Shown here: positions 18,001-27,439 of the stretch, piece after piece | How the letters are laid out: each line of letters begins with the position of its first letter | Position numbering within the stretch: the stretch's first letter is position 1 | Notes under the pieces: model-generated | The model's database searches: none | The model's input: only the letters and a program-made list of their open reading frames with translations | Told to the model about the DNA's origin: nothing | Position numbers and translations under genes: made by a program | Source of the DNA: a virus | Taxonomy: Duplodnaviria; Caudoviricetes | Length of the DNA: 64,000 nucleotides | Virus record (IMG/VR): IMGVR_UViG_2862465376_000001 | Location: 32,001-96,000 of that record | Direction: 5' to 3' (one strand)

Positions 18001-18707
18001 CACTGGTCTGGTCGGAGATCAACAAGTTGGGTAAGTGGGCGCCGGTCGACTCCGAGGAGCACATCGACCCCTCGGAACTGAATGTGGGTCACGCGTATGA
18101 CCGGCTGGACGACAGGCACGTGCGCAGGCTGACCGACTCGATCAGCCAGCACGGCTACAGTCCGGAGCAGCACGGCCAGCTTGGGCTGAACATCACCGAC
18201 CACGGCGAGAACATCTACCACCACGCCGACGGCTCGGAGACGCATCCCGAGGACCATCTGCACCATGCCCACTTGCTGAAGGCGTTGCAGAACATGGGTC
18301 ACGGCCCGGTGCCGGTGCACCTCCACGACCAGGCGTCCGACCCCGAGGGTGAGCCCGCGCCGAGGTACTGGCATGGCACCACGGTCAAGGACTTGGAGCA
18401 GGTACATCCGAACCACGGGACCAAGGGCAACTTCGGCAACAACCTCGGCGTCCACGAGCCCGGCTACGCGTACGCCACCAGCCGGAGAAGCGCGGAGCAC
18501 TACGCCGACCAGGCCGCGTTGACCCACGGCGGGCGCCCTCGCGTCTACGAAGTCCACCCCAACGGCCCGGTCGAGAAGGACCCGCAGTACGACGGCAACG
18601 GCAACCACCGGGGCAACAACGACGACGACGTCCGGTCCCGGCACGGCTTCACCGTGGTCGGTGAAGAGGACCTCGGACATCATGACAAAGACGACGACTG
18701 GCACTGA
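17997..18707 (+). CDS. Arr-type ADP-ribosyltransferase domain protein with a degenerate ParB-like N-terminus
   Basis: YWHGT...YAYAT...RPRVYEVHPNGPVEKDP...RSRHGFTVVGE parallels the rifampin ADP-ribosyltransferase motifs; ATGA coupling. Confidence 0.7.
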   Translation: MTLVWSEINKLGKWAPVDSEEHIDPSELNVGHAYDRLDDRHVRRLTDSISQHGYSPEQHGQLGLNITDHGENIYHHADGSETHPEDHLHHAHLLKALQNMGHGPVPVHLHDQASDPEGEPAPRYWHGTTVKDLEQVHPNHGTKGNFGNNLGVHEPGYAYATSRRSAEHYADQAALTHGGRPRVYEVHPNGPVEKDPQYDGNGNHRGNNDDDVRSRHGFTVVGEEDLGHHDKDDDWH

Positions 18708-18870
18708 CTCCGGGACAGCGGTCCATGCAGCCCTTCATCAGTGACTCTTTGCCCGGAGCCTGATGTCGAACTGCATGGACCATTTGTGAGAGAGCGCCTC
18801 ACACTTATAGGACGGCTGTCGGGGCGAAAGTACTTACTCTCTCCCCGGATCTTCTTCTGACACAGAGGGC

Positions 18871-18905
18871 CTGTCCGCCCCTCCTGCCGCGCCCTCAAGG
18901 GGTGA
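18871..18905 (+). promoter_or_regulatory. Candidate late promoter motif
   Basis: CTGTCC-N20-AAGGGGTGA. Confidence 0.65.
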
Positions 18906-18921
18906 CGGAGGAGGGGCGTAC

Positions 18922-19557
18922 GTGTACATCACCAGGGTCAAGGCGCTCGCGGTCGAGGCGCTGCAGGCGGTGTTCGACGACCAGTACCCCGTGACGGAGT
19001 TCCGGGGGCTGCGGTGCTCGCTGGAGTACCCGGTCGAGCAGATCCGGCTGCCGCAGGTGTGGGTGCGCTACTCGGACACGGGCCCGCTGAAGCAGGCCGG
19101 TGTGAAGCACACTGAGGACGTCGACCCGGTGACCGGCGGCCGGACGCACCCGTACACGCGCTTCAAATTCGAGGGGTCCTGGGAGTTCGTCATCGTCGCG
19201 CTGTCGAGCGTCGAGCGGGACCGGGTCTACGACGAGCTGATCGCGACGATCGCGTTCTCCGGGTTCGACACGGTGCGCAGCCGGTTCAGGGTCTACCTGG
19301 AGGCCAACGACCTGATCGACCTGACGCTGCGCACGGACGAGATCGAGTCGACCGGGGAGTCGGCCGAGCCGGGGACGCCGTGGGGCACGGACGAGGTGCT
19401 GTACGAGCGGACGCTGGCCGTGGACCTGATTGGGGACTTCGCGGCCGACCCGGAGACCGGTGTCATCGTGCCGCTGTCGAAGATCCAGATCACGCCCACG
19501 GTCGACCTCACCCTGGACAACGAGGCGCGCGGCGAGGGCTTCGACGTCTGGCACTAG
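18922..19557 (+). CDS. Putative tail terminator protein
   Basis: Acidic 211-aa protein; last plus-strand gene before the sheath; GGAGG RBS. Confidence 0.5.
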   Translation: MYITRVKALAVEALQAVFDDQYPVTEFRGLRCSLEYPVEQIRLPQVWVRYSDTGPLKQAGVKHTEDVDPVTGGRTHPYTRFKFEGSWEFVIVALSSVERDRVYDELIATIAFSGFDTVRSRFRVYLEANDLIDLTLRTDEIESTGESAEPGTPWGTDEVLYERTLAVDLIGDFAADPETGVIVPLSKIQITPTVDLTLDNEARGEGFDVWH

Positions 19558-20078
19558 GGCCAGAAAGTGCGCACGTTGTCGGCCAGTTCGCGCTTGAGGG
19601 CCGGGTTGACGATGGAGACGATCATCTCGACGTCCAGCTGGCCGACGGCGGGCCAGAGGAGTTCCCGGGCCTTGGAGTACTTCTCGGCGAGGCGCTGTCG
19701 CTTGTCCTCGGGAAGCTGGGCGGCACGGTCGGGACGGCTGTTGTGCGCGTTGTCGGCGACCTTGACCAGGGCGGCGGAGCGCTGCTTGGTGATGCGCCGG
19801 ATCTTCTCCTCGTAGGGCACGCCGGGCTGGTTGGTGACGGCCTCGACGATGCGGACGACATGCTCGGGAACTCCGGCCTTCACGAGGGCCTCGGCCGTCC
19901 AGTCCGTGTCCTCAATGATGTCGTGGAGCAGTCCTGCCCGCTCCAGGTCCTTGCCGAACGGCGCGAGCCCTTCGGCCACGGCCTCGACGTGCTCGATGTA
20001 CGGGACGCCGATCTTGTCGGCCTGGCCTGCGTGGGCGTCTCGGGCGAGGCGGTAGGTCTGAATGACGGTCAGCTCCAT
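19554..20078 (-). CDS. HD-domain protein (RelA/SpoT hydrolase-like, small alarmone hydrolase fold)
   Basis: AHAGQ.DK.G.PYIEH, LLHDIIEDT, VKVADNAHN. Confidence 0.85.
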   Translation of the reverse strand: MELTVIQTYRLARDAHAGQADKIGVPYIEHVEAVAEGLAPFGKDLERAGLLHDIIEDTDWTAEALVKAGVPEHVVRIVEAVTNQPGVPYEEKIRRITKQRSAALVKVADNAHNSRPDRAAQLPEDKRQRLAEKYSKARELLWPAVGQLDVEMIVSIVNPALKRELADNVRTFWP

Positions 20079-20161
20079 GGGGCCAATCCCACCACGAACT
20101 CCTACTGGAACTACTAGTTGACCTACTAATTTCTCCCAGATTAGTAGTTCGTGCGGTCTCG

Positions 20162-20196
20162 CTGTCCGTCGGCCTGCTGTCGCCCTCAAGGGGTGA
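20162..20196 (+). promoter_or_regulatory. Candidate late promoter motif
   Basis: CTGTCC-N20-AAGGGGTGA. Confidence 0.65.
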
Positions 20197-20224
20197 CAAC
20201 TGGCCGACGCGACTGGTGGGTGGC

Positions 20225-21754
20225 ATGCCCGATATCTCTTCTGCGACGTACACGCCGCCTGGCGTCTACGTCTCCGACGAATCGACTCCTACGGTCACCC
20301 CGCGTTCGGTGTCGACCTCGACCGTGACGCTGATCGGGCCCGCGCTGGGCTACGAGACGTTCTCCGAGGTGGTGACGGTCTACTCCGGCTCGGCGACGCC
20401 GCTGACGCAGAAGGGCGTCTACACGACGGCGGTGGTGGGGCCGCCCGCGATCGCGGCGCCGGTCGTCACGTCCCTGGCGGGCGTGGTGATGGAGTACAGC
20501 ACCGACTACACCTTCGAGGTCGTGGCCGGGTCCGGCGGCGCGCCGACGGCGATCACGCAGATCCGGCGACTGTCTGCGGACGAGGGCGACCTGACGCAGC
20601 CCAGTCCGAAGGGGCTGAAGGACGGCGACCAGGTCCGGGTCACGTACGCCTTCACGTCGGCGACGTACTACGAGCCGACGGTCTTCGAGGACTTCGACCA
20701 GGTGGTGGCCACGTACGGCCCATCGCTGGTATCGGTCGCGCCGACGGACCCGACGGCCTCGCAGGTGGCGTCGCCGCTGACGCTGGCGGCGAAGATCGCC
20801 CTGGAGAACGGCGCGTCGAGCGTGCTGTGCGTGGCGACGGACCCGACGGCCGGGGACTTCCAGGCGCAGCTGAAGGCGGCGTACAAGAAGCTGGAGACGG
20901 ACTACCGGGCTCAGCTCCTGGTGCCGCTGCTCGTGGACGGTGCGTACGACGCCCACACGCCGACGAACGTGGCGAACCTGCTGACGGACGTGAAGCTGCA
21001 TTGCGAGACGGCGGCGGCCGAGGGCTACGGCCGGATCGCCTTCACGGGCGTGGCGACCACGTACGACAACACGACCGGGCACGACCAGCTGGCGGTCCAG
21101 CAGAGCAGCAAGCGTCTCGCGCTGGTGTATCCGAACCGGCTGCTGGCGTTCAACTCGGCGGTCAACGCCTCCACCGAGATCGACGGGTTCTACCTGGCGG
21201 CCGCGATGGCCGGACGGCTGGCCCGCAACCCCGTCGCGCGCGGGCTGACGAACCAGTCGCTGACGTCGTTCACCGGCCTGCCCGCGACGATCGCCCAGGG
21301 CATGACCCGGACGTTCAAGAACAACCTGTCGAAGTCCGGCGTGGCGGTGGCGGAGATCAACCAGGCGTCGCAGCTGATCGTGCGGCACGGGGTGTCGACG
21401 CTGATGACGTCGGTGCTCACGCAGGAGATCTCGATGACCCGGGTCGGCGACACCCTGCTGCAGATGCTGCAGACGGGCATGCAGAACTCGGGGCTGATCG
21501 GTGAGCCGATCACGACGGAGATGACAATCAGCGTGAAGTCGTCGCTGATCGGTCTGCTGGAGCAGGCGGTGTCGGACGAGGTGATCGTCTCGTACGCCAA
21601 CGTGCAGGTGCGGCAGCTGTCGGCGGACCCGTCGATCATCGAGGGGACGTTCTCGTACAAGCCGCCGATCCCGATGAACTACATCGTGATCAAGTTCGCG
21701 GTCGACCTGTCGACCGGCGACACGACCACGGAGGCGACGGAGGAGGCGGCCTGA
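20225..21754 (+). CDS. Contractile tail sheath protein
   Basis: YTPPGVYV N-terminus; YLAAAMAGRLA and FSYKPPIPMNYIVIKF C-terminal sheath pattern. Confidence 0.9.
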   Translation: MPDISSATYTPPGVYVSDESTPTVTPRSVSTSTVTLIGPALGYETFSEVVTVYSGSATPLTQKGVYTTAVVGPPAIAAPVVTSLAGVVMEYSTDYTFEVVAGSGGAPTAITQIRRLSADEGDLTQPSPKGLKDGDQVRVTYAFTSATYYEPTVFEDFDQVVATYGPSLVSVAPTDPTASQVASPLTLAAKIALENGASSVLCVATDPTAGDFQAQLKAAYKKLETDYRAQLLVPLLVDGAYDAHTPTNVANLLTDVKLHCETAAAEGYGRIAFTGVATTYDNTTGHDQLAVQQSSKRLALVYPNRLLAFNSAVNASTEIDGFYLAAAMAGRLARNPVARGLTNQSLTSFTGLPATIAQGMTRTFKNNLSKSGVAVAEINQASQLIVRHGVSTLMTSVLTQEISMTRVGDTLLQMLQTGMQNSGLIGEPITTEMTISVKSSLIGLLEQAVSDEVIVSYANVQVRQLSADPSIIEGTFSYKPPIPMNYIVIKFAVDLSTGDTTTEATEEAA

Positions 21755-21758
21755 GCCC

Positions 21759-21832
21759 GCGCGGCAGGCGTCGTGACGGGCCCCTGCCGCGCTTTATGGA
21801 GGACCCCTGGTGTGAGGGCGCCGGGGGTCCTC
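21759..21832. terminator. Two tandem hairpins between convergent genes
   Basis: GCGCGGCAGG...CCTGCCGCGC and GAGGACCCC...GGGGTCCTC. Confidence 0.65.
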
Positions 21833-21837
21833 TGCTG

Positions 21838-22125
21838 TCAGTCCTTCAGGAGTCCGATCCGGGTGAACAGCTCGCGGTCGGCCAGGACCGCCGCACGGTC
21901 GGCGTAGTTCGCCGGGCGGCTGCGGGACCGCTTCCTGGCGACGTCGGCGAGGATGGCGAGGATGGCAGCACTGCCCTCGTCTGGAGCCTCGTCGTGCACC
22001 GCCTTGGCACGTTGATAGGCCGCTTCCAGACGTCTGCCTTCTTCCGACGGGACTCCTGGAAAGTGCTCGACGGCGCCCCAGGACCTCGCTGCCAGGTCTT
22101 GTGCTCTGACCATGGTTGTACGCAT
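21838..22125 (-). CDS. Small hypothetical accessory protein
   Basis: ORF fills the sheath-tube gap; a TACCGT -10-like box lies 6 nt before the ATG (leaderless pattern). Confidence 0.5.
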   Translation of the reverse strand: MRTTMVRAQDLAARSWGAVEHFPGVPSEEGRRLEAAYQRAKAVHDEAPDEGSAAILAILADVARKRSRSRPANYADRAAVLADRELFTRIGLLKD

Positions 22126-22150
22126 GGCCTCACGGTAGCGCGGCCCGCTG

Positions 22151-22185
22151 CTGTCCGTCGCCGCCCATCCCGCCCCAGTGGGTGA
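22151..22185 (+). promoter_or_regulatory. Candidate late promoter motif
   Basis: CTGTCC-N20-AGTGGGTGA. Confidence 0.55.
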
Positions 22186-22208
22186 GACCTACGGATGGGG
22201 TGGTGAGC

Positions 22209-22712
22209 GTGCCTGCAGGAAAGGTCCGCGTAACTGGAAGTGGATATTCCACTTTCGTCTATGCCGGTAAGCCGATCGCGTTCCTCAACTCGGTGGAGGA
22301 CGCCGGGCAGCGCGCCTGGTCGGACAAGGGCCAGCCCTACGCATTCATCCAGCCCCTCGGCGCGCGGACGCCGGTGGAGATCGCGACGTCCCGGGTTCTC
22401 GGTGGCGCCACCCTGCAGCTCACGATCCAGGAGCTGTGGAACCAGGCGCACTGGGAGCAGATGGCCGGGATGGCCGGGACCAACAACATCGTCGAGATTT
22501 TCGACCGGCTGTCCCGGACGGCGAACTACGTCACCGCGCAGACGATCATCAAGCCGCCGGGCACCGAGTCCAACCCCTCGCGCTGGCGCGGCAAGATCTA
22601 CCACAACGTCACGATCGTCGACATCATGGACGGCGACACCCTGACGGTCGGCGGCCTGGACGTCGCCAAGCCCGTGGTCTGCGCGTACACCCACTCCACC
22701 CGCCTGCGCTGA
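22209..22712 (+). CDS. Tail tube protein
   Basis: About 167 aa, beta-rich, between the sheath and chaperone genes. Confidence 0.75.
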   Translation: MPAGKVRVTGSGYSTFVYAGKPIAFLNSVEDAGQRAWSDKGQPYAFIQPLGARTPVEIATSRVLGGATLQLTIQELWNQAHWEQMAGMAGTNNIVEIFDRLSRTANYVTAQTIIKPPGTESNPSRWRGKIYHNVTIVDIMDGDTLTVGGLDVAKPVVCAYTHSTRLR

Positions 22713-22726
22713 CCAGGAGCACGACG

Positions 22727-23245
22727 ATGACGGACACCACCTACGGCACCTACGACCCCGCCGACCGGCCGGGCCGCAAGGCCACCACGCCGGAGCCGTC
22801 GGCCCCGCTGAAGGGCGCGGACGGCACGGACCTGCCGTCCTTCGACCAGGGCTACGCCGAGCCCTTCAAGGGCCTCACCTACCTGGGCGCGCTGACCAAG
22901 GAGTTCTCCTGGCTCGGCCACACCTTCGTCATCCGCACCCTGGGCCTGGACGACCAGCTCGCGATCGCCCAGGTCGCGGCGAAGTACAAGGACGGCGGCG
23001 AGCAGCTCGCGTACACCACGGCGGTCGTCGCGATGTGCGTGGACTCGGTCGACGGCGAGTCGCTGCCGTCCCCGTACGGCGAGGACCAGGACCTGGCCGA
23101 GTGGGCGCACCGGCGGTTCGGGTACGTCAAGGCGAACTGGTACCAGCCGACGATCAACCGCGTCTGGCAGGAGTACCTGGAGCTGGAGGACAAGGTGGCC
23201 GAGGTCGTCGAGGCCATGGGAAAAGCCTTCGGCCCGGCCGCGTAG
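22727..23245 (+). CDS. Tail assembly chaperone (gpG equivalent)
   Basis: AGGAG RBS; slippery G GGA AAA near the 3' end; synteny. Confidence 0.75.
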   Translation: MTDTTYGTYDPADRPGRKATTPEPSAPLKGADGTDLPSFDQGYAEPFKGLTYLGALTKEFSWLGHTFVIRTLGLDDQLAIAQVAAKYKDGGEQLAYTTAVVAMCVDSVDGESLPSPYGEDQDLAEWAHRRFGYVKANWYQPTINRVWQEYLELEDKVAEVVEAMGKAFGPAA

Positions 23246-23664
23246 ACCCGTGGCTGGAACGCCATCTGCGGATCGCTGAGCGGCGGGGCCTGCTCTCGGG
23301 GCGGCGCCTGTCCAGGGTGCAGCAGTTCGGCCTGGAGCTGCTCATCCTCGCGGACGGCTGGGCCGCCGGTGAGGACCAGGAGGAGCGGCTGCGGCTGGCG
23401 CTCGTCTCGGCCGGTCGCGACCCGCTGGAGGTTATCGAGCGGGAGCCGGACTCCGACGACGACTTCGATCCGGCGGCCGACGAGGACAGGGACTTCGACT
23501 ACTCCGCCGTCGACTGGCAGAGCGATGCGTCTGCAGACGACTGGGAGCGCATGCAGGAGGTCCTGTCCTCCTCGCGGGTCACGGTGTCTGGGGCCGGGCG
23601 CGCGGGTGCTGACGCCCCGCCGGTGCCGGACATGAGCGACGGATTCGATCGGGAGTGGCAGTAA
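22727..23664 (+). CDS. Tail assembly chaperone, -1 frameshift product (gpGT equivalent, about 312 aa)
   Basis: GGGAAAA at 23218-23224; the -1 frame is open to TAA 23664 with good codon bias and no RBS of its own. Confidence 0.75.
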
Positions 23665-25907
23665 TGGCGACGCCTCCGCCGCCCTCTGGGGACGGCAGCG
23701 CACCGCAGGGGCTCACGGGCTCCCTGCAGCGGCTGGTCATGCAGCTGCAGGCGCTCATGCACCAGAACCAGAGCCAGCAGAACCTGCCGTCGAGCGCGGC
23801 GACCGCGTTGCGTCAGGCCCGCCAGAACATCCTGAGCCCGCAGGCGCTCCTGGGCGGTCAGGTGCCGCCTGCGGTGGCCCCGACCGGGCAGTGGCTGCAG
23901 CAGCAGGCGGCGTCCTTCCTGAGCCAGGTCATCCTCGGCCAGCCCCAGCACCGGAGCGGCAACCCCGCTGGCCAGCCTCCGGCGCCGTCCGGGCCGACCT
24001 CTCCAGCCCCCGCGCCGGGTCCTCCGGCTGTTCCGCCGCCCGTTCCCGGCATGCCGTATCCGTACCCGTACGGCATGCCCTATGGCTCTCCCTACGGCAC
24101 CCCGTACGGGCCCACGCCGTACAACGGTCCCCAGCCCGGCCCGTACCCGGGGCCGATCGTCGCGCCCTCGCACCCTGGCGGAGGCGGAGGTGGCTCATCG
24201 ACCGGCGCGGGGTCCTGGACGCGGGCCATGCTGCCCGCCGTCGGCAGGCTGGCGTTCGGTCCGTGGGGCGCTGTGGCGGGCACCGCGCTGTCGGCCGCGA
24301 CCCAGATCCCGGCCGAGATCCGTTCCCAGCGCGATAAGAACGCCTACTACCAGTCCATCGAGGGCGGCTCGAACGTTGACGGCTTCGCCGAGCGGGCTCA
24401 CGAGGAGCTGTACCGCTGGTCGACGCCGATGGTGTTCTCGTCGGAGGAGGCCCGGAAGGCGTTCAAGGGCGTGACCAAGCTGGGCTACAACTCCAAGGTC
24501 GAGGACGGCATCGGCCGCCAGGACGCGCTGAACTTCCTGTACCACGGCAAGACCCGGCGCGGGCAGACTGTGGACGAGGGCCTGCAGCAGCTCCAGGTCA
24601 ACTCGAAGAACGCCCTGGGCAGCCTCAACGACCTCAACGACGCCCTGAACGCAGTCTCCGACAGCGCGGGCAAGGCCGGGATCAACGCTCAGATGCAGCG
24701 CGCCGAGTTCACCCAGCTCATGAACACGGCCATCAAGAACGGCTACGGCTCCTCCGCGACCGACGTGGCCTCGGCCGAGCAGCAGATCAAGATCGGGTAC
24801 GGGCGGTCGTTCCAGGACGTGGATGTCTCCCAGCGTCTGGGCCTGAACCGGGCCTATATGGCCTCCTCCACGACCGGCATGAGCGTGTCCGACTACCTGA
24901 CGGCCGGGGTGACGGGGAAGCTCGCGGCCGACGCGAAGCTGGACCAGACGATCGCCCGGACCGTGCTGAAGGCGGGCGTCGAGGCGTGGATCAAGGAGGA
25001 GATCTCCAAGGCGGGCGGCGCGGGCAACCTCTCCGAGGACGTTGTCCAGCAGATCGCCGAGGAGATGATCCGGAAGTTCTACCCGAACGACTCTCCGGCG
25101 CTCGCGCAGGCCGTCGCGACGCTCTCCGGTCTCCCGGACCTGGGCAGCGACCCGGTGAAGGCGGCCATGTGGCTGGTGCAGCAGTACAACGAGAAGGGCG
25201 CCGCCGCACAGTCGGAGAAGACGTCGGCCGAGGACAAGAAGAAGCAGAAGGAGACCAGCAAGAAGAACCAGGTCGCCACCGGCGTCGGCGAGCTGATGCG
25301 GGCGCCGCAGAACGACCGGGGGCCGGGCGCTGGCAAGAACGCGCTCGGCGGCGACCTGGACCGCGAGCACGAGGGCGGCTTCCTCGGCTTCGGCGGCCAC
25401 AACTCCGACGCCTACAACGCCTACCAGGCCTGGCACGACAAGAAGGGTGGCCAGGAGGACCCGGTCATCTACCACCTGCTGAACAAGATCAAGGGCGACA
25501 ACGACTCGAAGGTCGCTGTGTCGACAAAGGACGGCAAGAAGGTCATCCCGCTGGCCGACGCGATCAAGCGACACCGCAACGAGCTGGCGTCCGGCAAGGC
25601 CGTCGTCGTCGAGGGCGACCAGGCGGGCAAGACCGTCGAGGAGATCGTCGGTAAGGACAAGGTCGACCCGCTGCGGGACTTCTCCAAGGAGGCCAAGGCC
25701 ACGGAGAAGGAGGGCGAGTCGTACGCCCAGTGGGAGAAGAAGCACACCGAGAAGGACAAGAAGGGCCGGGAGAAGCTGGAGATCACGCTGTCGGCGGAGG
25801 CCCGGCGTCTGCTGACCGTCATGGACTCCACGGGTGTCAGCGGCTCGGCCGCGACCGCGCAGCCTCCGCTGAGCCCGTGGCCGTCGAACCCCAGCTACCA
25901 GGAGTAG
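23664..25907 (+). CDS. Tape measure protein
   Basis: Follows the frameshifted chaperone; Ala/Gln-rich and helical, with a Pro/Tyr/Gly-rich N-terminal segment. Confidence 0.7.
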   Translation: MATPPPPSGDGSAPQGLTGSLQRLVMQLQALMHQNQSQQNLPSSAATALRQARQNILSPQALLGGQVPPAVAPTGQWLQQQAASFLSQVILGQPQHRSGNPAGQPPAPSGPTSPAPAPGPPAVPPPVPGMPYPYPYGMPYGSPYGTPYGPTPYNGPQPGPYPGPIVAPSHPGGGGGGSSTGAGSWTRAMLPAVGRLAFGPWGAVAGTALSAATQIPAEIRSQRDKNAYYQSIEGGSNVDGFAERAHEELYRWSTPMVFSSEEARKAFKGVTKLGYNSKVEDGIGRQDALNFLYHGKTRRGQTVDEGLQQLQVNSKNALGSLNDLNDALNAVSDSAGKAGINAQMQRAEFTQLMNTAIKNGYGSSATDVASAEQQIKIGYGRSFQDVDVSQRLGLNRAYMASSTTGMSVSDYLTAGVTGKLAADAKLDQTIARTVLKAGVEAWIKEEISKAGGAGNLSEDVVQQIAEEMIRKFYPNDSPALAQAVATLSGLPDLGSDPVKAAMWLVQQYNEKGAAAQSEKTSAEDKKKQKETSKKNQVATGVGELMRAPQNDRGPGAGKNALGGDLDREHEGGFLGFGGHNSDAYNAYQAWHDKKGGQEDPVIYHLLNKIKGDNDSKVAVSTKDGKKVIPLADAIKRHRNELASGKAVVVEGDQAGKTVEEIVGKDKVDPLRDFSKEAKATEKEGESYAQWEKKHTEKDKKGREKLEITLSAEARRLLTVMDSTGVSGSAATAQPPLSPWPSNPSYQE

Positions 25908-25910
25908 GCC

Positions 25911-26564
25911 ATGGCGCTGGCATCCCTGGGCTTCGCCGGAGGCCCCCAGGTGACCTTCCGGATCAACCCCGACTCGATCGACTGGGGATTCGACATCCAC
26001 ACCACCGTCACGCAGACGGTCGGCGGCCGGGTCGTGCACGTCACCGGTGCGACCCTGCGCGACATCACGGTGGCCGGGCACCTCGGCGAGAACCGCAAGG
26101 CGGGACCGTCTCCCGACGGGAACACGGACCACGCCGGGGTCAGCTGGCGCCTGCACGAGGCGTTCGTCGCCAAGTGCCGGGCCATCATGGACTACCAGTC
26201 CAGGGACTCCCGGACCCTGGGGAAGATGCACGCCCCGGCCGTCTTCAACTACCCGCCGCACAACTGGCGCTGGAAGGTCTACCTGACCGAGGTCGCCGAC
26301 CTCGACGGCCAGGCCAGCATCGAGCACCGGACGGGCAAGTTCTCCCACGGCTACCGCATCCAGCTGTTCATCGTGCAGGCCGGAAGCGACTCGCTGGTCA
26401 AGGCGGGCTCGTCGAACAATGCGGTCGACGCCGCGCAGGAGAAGGCGATCTCCTCGTACATCGCCCGCATCAGCGAGGGCATCGGCTGGAAGCAGACCGA
26501 GTACAACGGCGGCCTCATCGACGGAAAGCCCGGCGAGGAGACCGACAAGGGGCAGGAGGAGTAG
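25911..26564 (+). CDS. Putative tail tube initiator / baseplate protein
   Basis: FRINPDSI...TQTVGGRVV pattern; follows the tape measure gene. Confidence 0.55.
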   Translation: MALASLGFAGGPQVTFRINPDSIDWGFDIHTTVTQTVGGRVVHVTGATLRDITVAGHLGENRKAGPSPDGNTDHAGVSWRLHEAFVAKCRAIMDYQSRDSRTLGKMHAPAVFNYPPHNWRWKVYLTEVADLDGQASIEHRTGKFSHGYRIQLFIVQAGSDSLVKAGSSNNAVDAAQEKAISSYIARISEGIGWKQTEYNGGLIDGKPGEETDKGQEE

Positions 26565-26813
26565 ATGGCGAACCAGTGGGGCTCCGACGTACCCGTGTCC
26601 ATGCCGCAGCCGCTCCCAGGCGACCTGAAGGGCATCGTGGACATGGGCGGCTTCACCATGACCGTGGACGGCCTCTTCCCGGACCTGTCGGCCGCCGACC
26701 ACGAGCGGCTGGCCACGCCCACCTACGCGCCCTTCAACCCGCTGGACCGGCGCGTGGAGACCGTCCCCGACCCCGAGGAGGACGAGTCGTGGCAGACGGA
26801 CGCAAGGGCCTGA
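26565..26813 (+). CDS. Small hypothetical tail-module protein
   Basis: AGGAGGAG RBS; high GC3. Confidence 0.65.
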   Translation: MANQWGSDVPVSMPQPLPGDLKGIVDMGGFTMTVDGLFPDLSAADHERLATPTYAPFNPLDRRVETVPDPEEDESWQTDARA

Positions 26814-27439
26814 ACTGCACCCTCACCTACCCCCGGGGCGGCGCCAACCAGGTCTTCCGGGCCCGGGTCGACGCCGTCGGCCACGGCATGGTGATGGTCG
26901 CCGACAGCTCCAGCGGCCGGAACTCCCGCGCCTACTACCCGCACCGCGCGACCCCGTCCCGCTTCTACCTGCGGGTCCTGCTCAAGGGGTACAGCGAGCG
27001 GAAGGCGTTCGCCGACTGGATGCAGCGCTACGCCGACTACGTCATGGACCCGGGCCTGCCCGCAGGAGACCGGTTCCCCGACATGCGAGTCCTGATCCCG
27101 GCGCGGAACTTCGACCGCGAGGGCGTGCCGCTGACGGGCTTCGAGTGGGGCGACCAGATCGGCGCGATGCTCTGGACGCCGACCATCACCTTCGAGACCA
27201 CCCGCGAGCCGCAGGACACCGAGAAGTGGGCCGCCAGCTCGTTCGTGGCGGCCGAGGACCCCGACATGAAGTACTTCTGGCCGATGGGCACCCAGCTCGG
27301 CGGCAACGCGGTGCCCTCCGGGAACTACCAGAACATCATCGATGGCAGCGACGGCGGCTCCGACCCGGGCCAGACACCGCCGAACATCGGGATGAACGAG
27401 GGCACCCTGCCGAGCGAGCGGTACGACTACGGGGAATGA
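26789..27439 (+). CDS. Hypothetical tail/baseplate protein
   Basis: GTG start (VADGRKGLNC...); strong coding bias only in this part of the listed 569-aa ORF. Confidence 0.65.
   Translation: MADGRKGLNCTLTYPRGGANQVFRARVDAVGHGMVMVADSSSGRNSRAYYPHRATPSRFYLRVLLKGYSERKAFADWMQRYADYVMDPGLPAGDRFPDMRVLIPARNFDREGVPLTGFEWGDQIGAMLWTPTITFETTREPQDTEKWAASSFVAAEDPDMKYFWPMGTQLGGNAVPSGNYQNIIDGSDGGSDPGQTPPNIGMNEGTLPSERYDYGE

Noticed and set aside
25730-26788. 5' part of the listed 569-aa ORF
   Set aside because: Overlaps three better-supported genes; the real gene probably starts at GTG 26789
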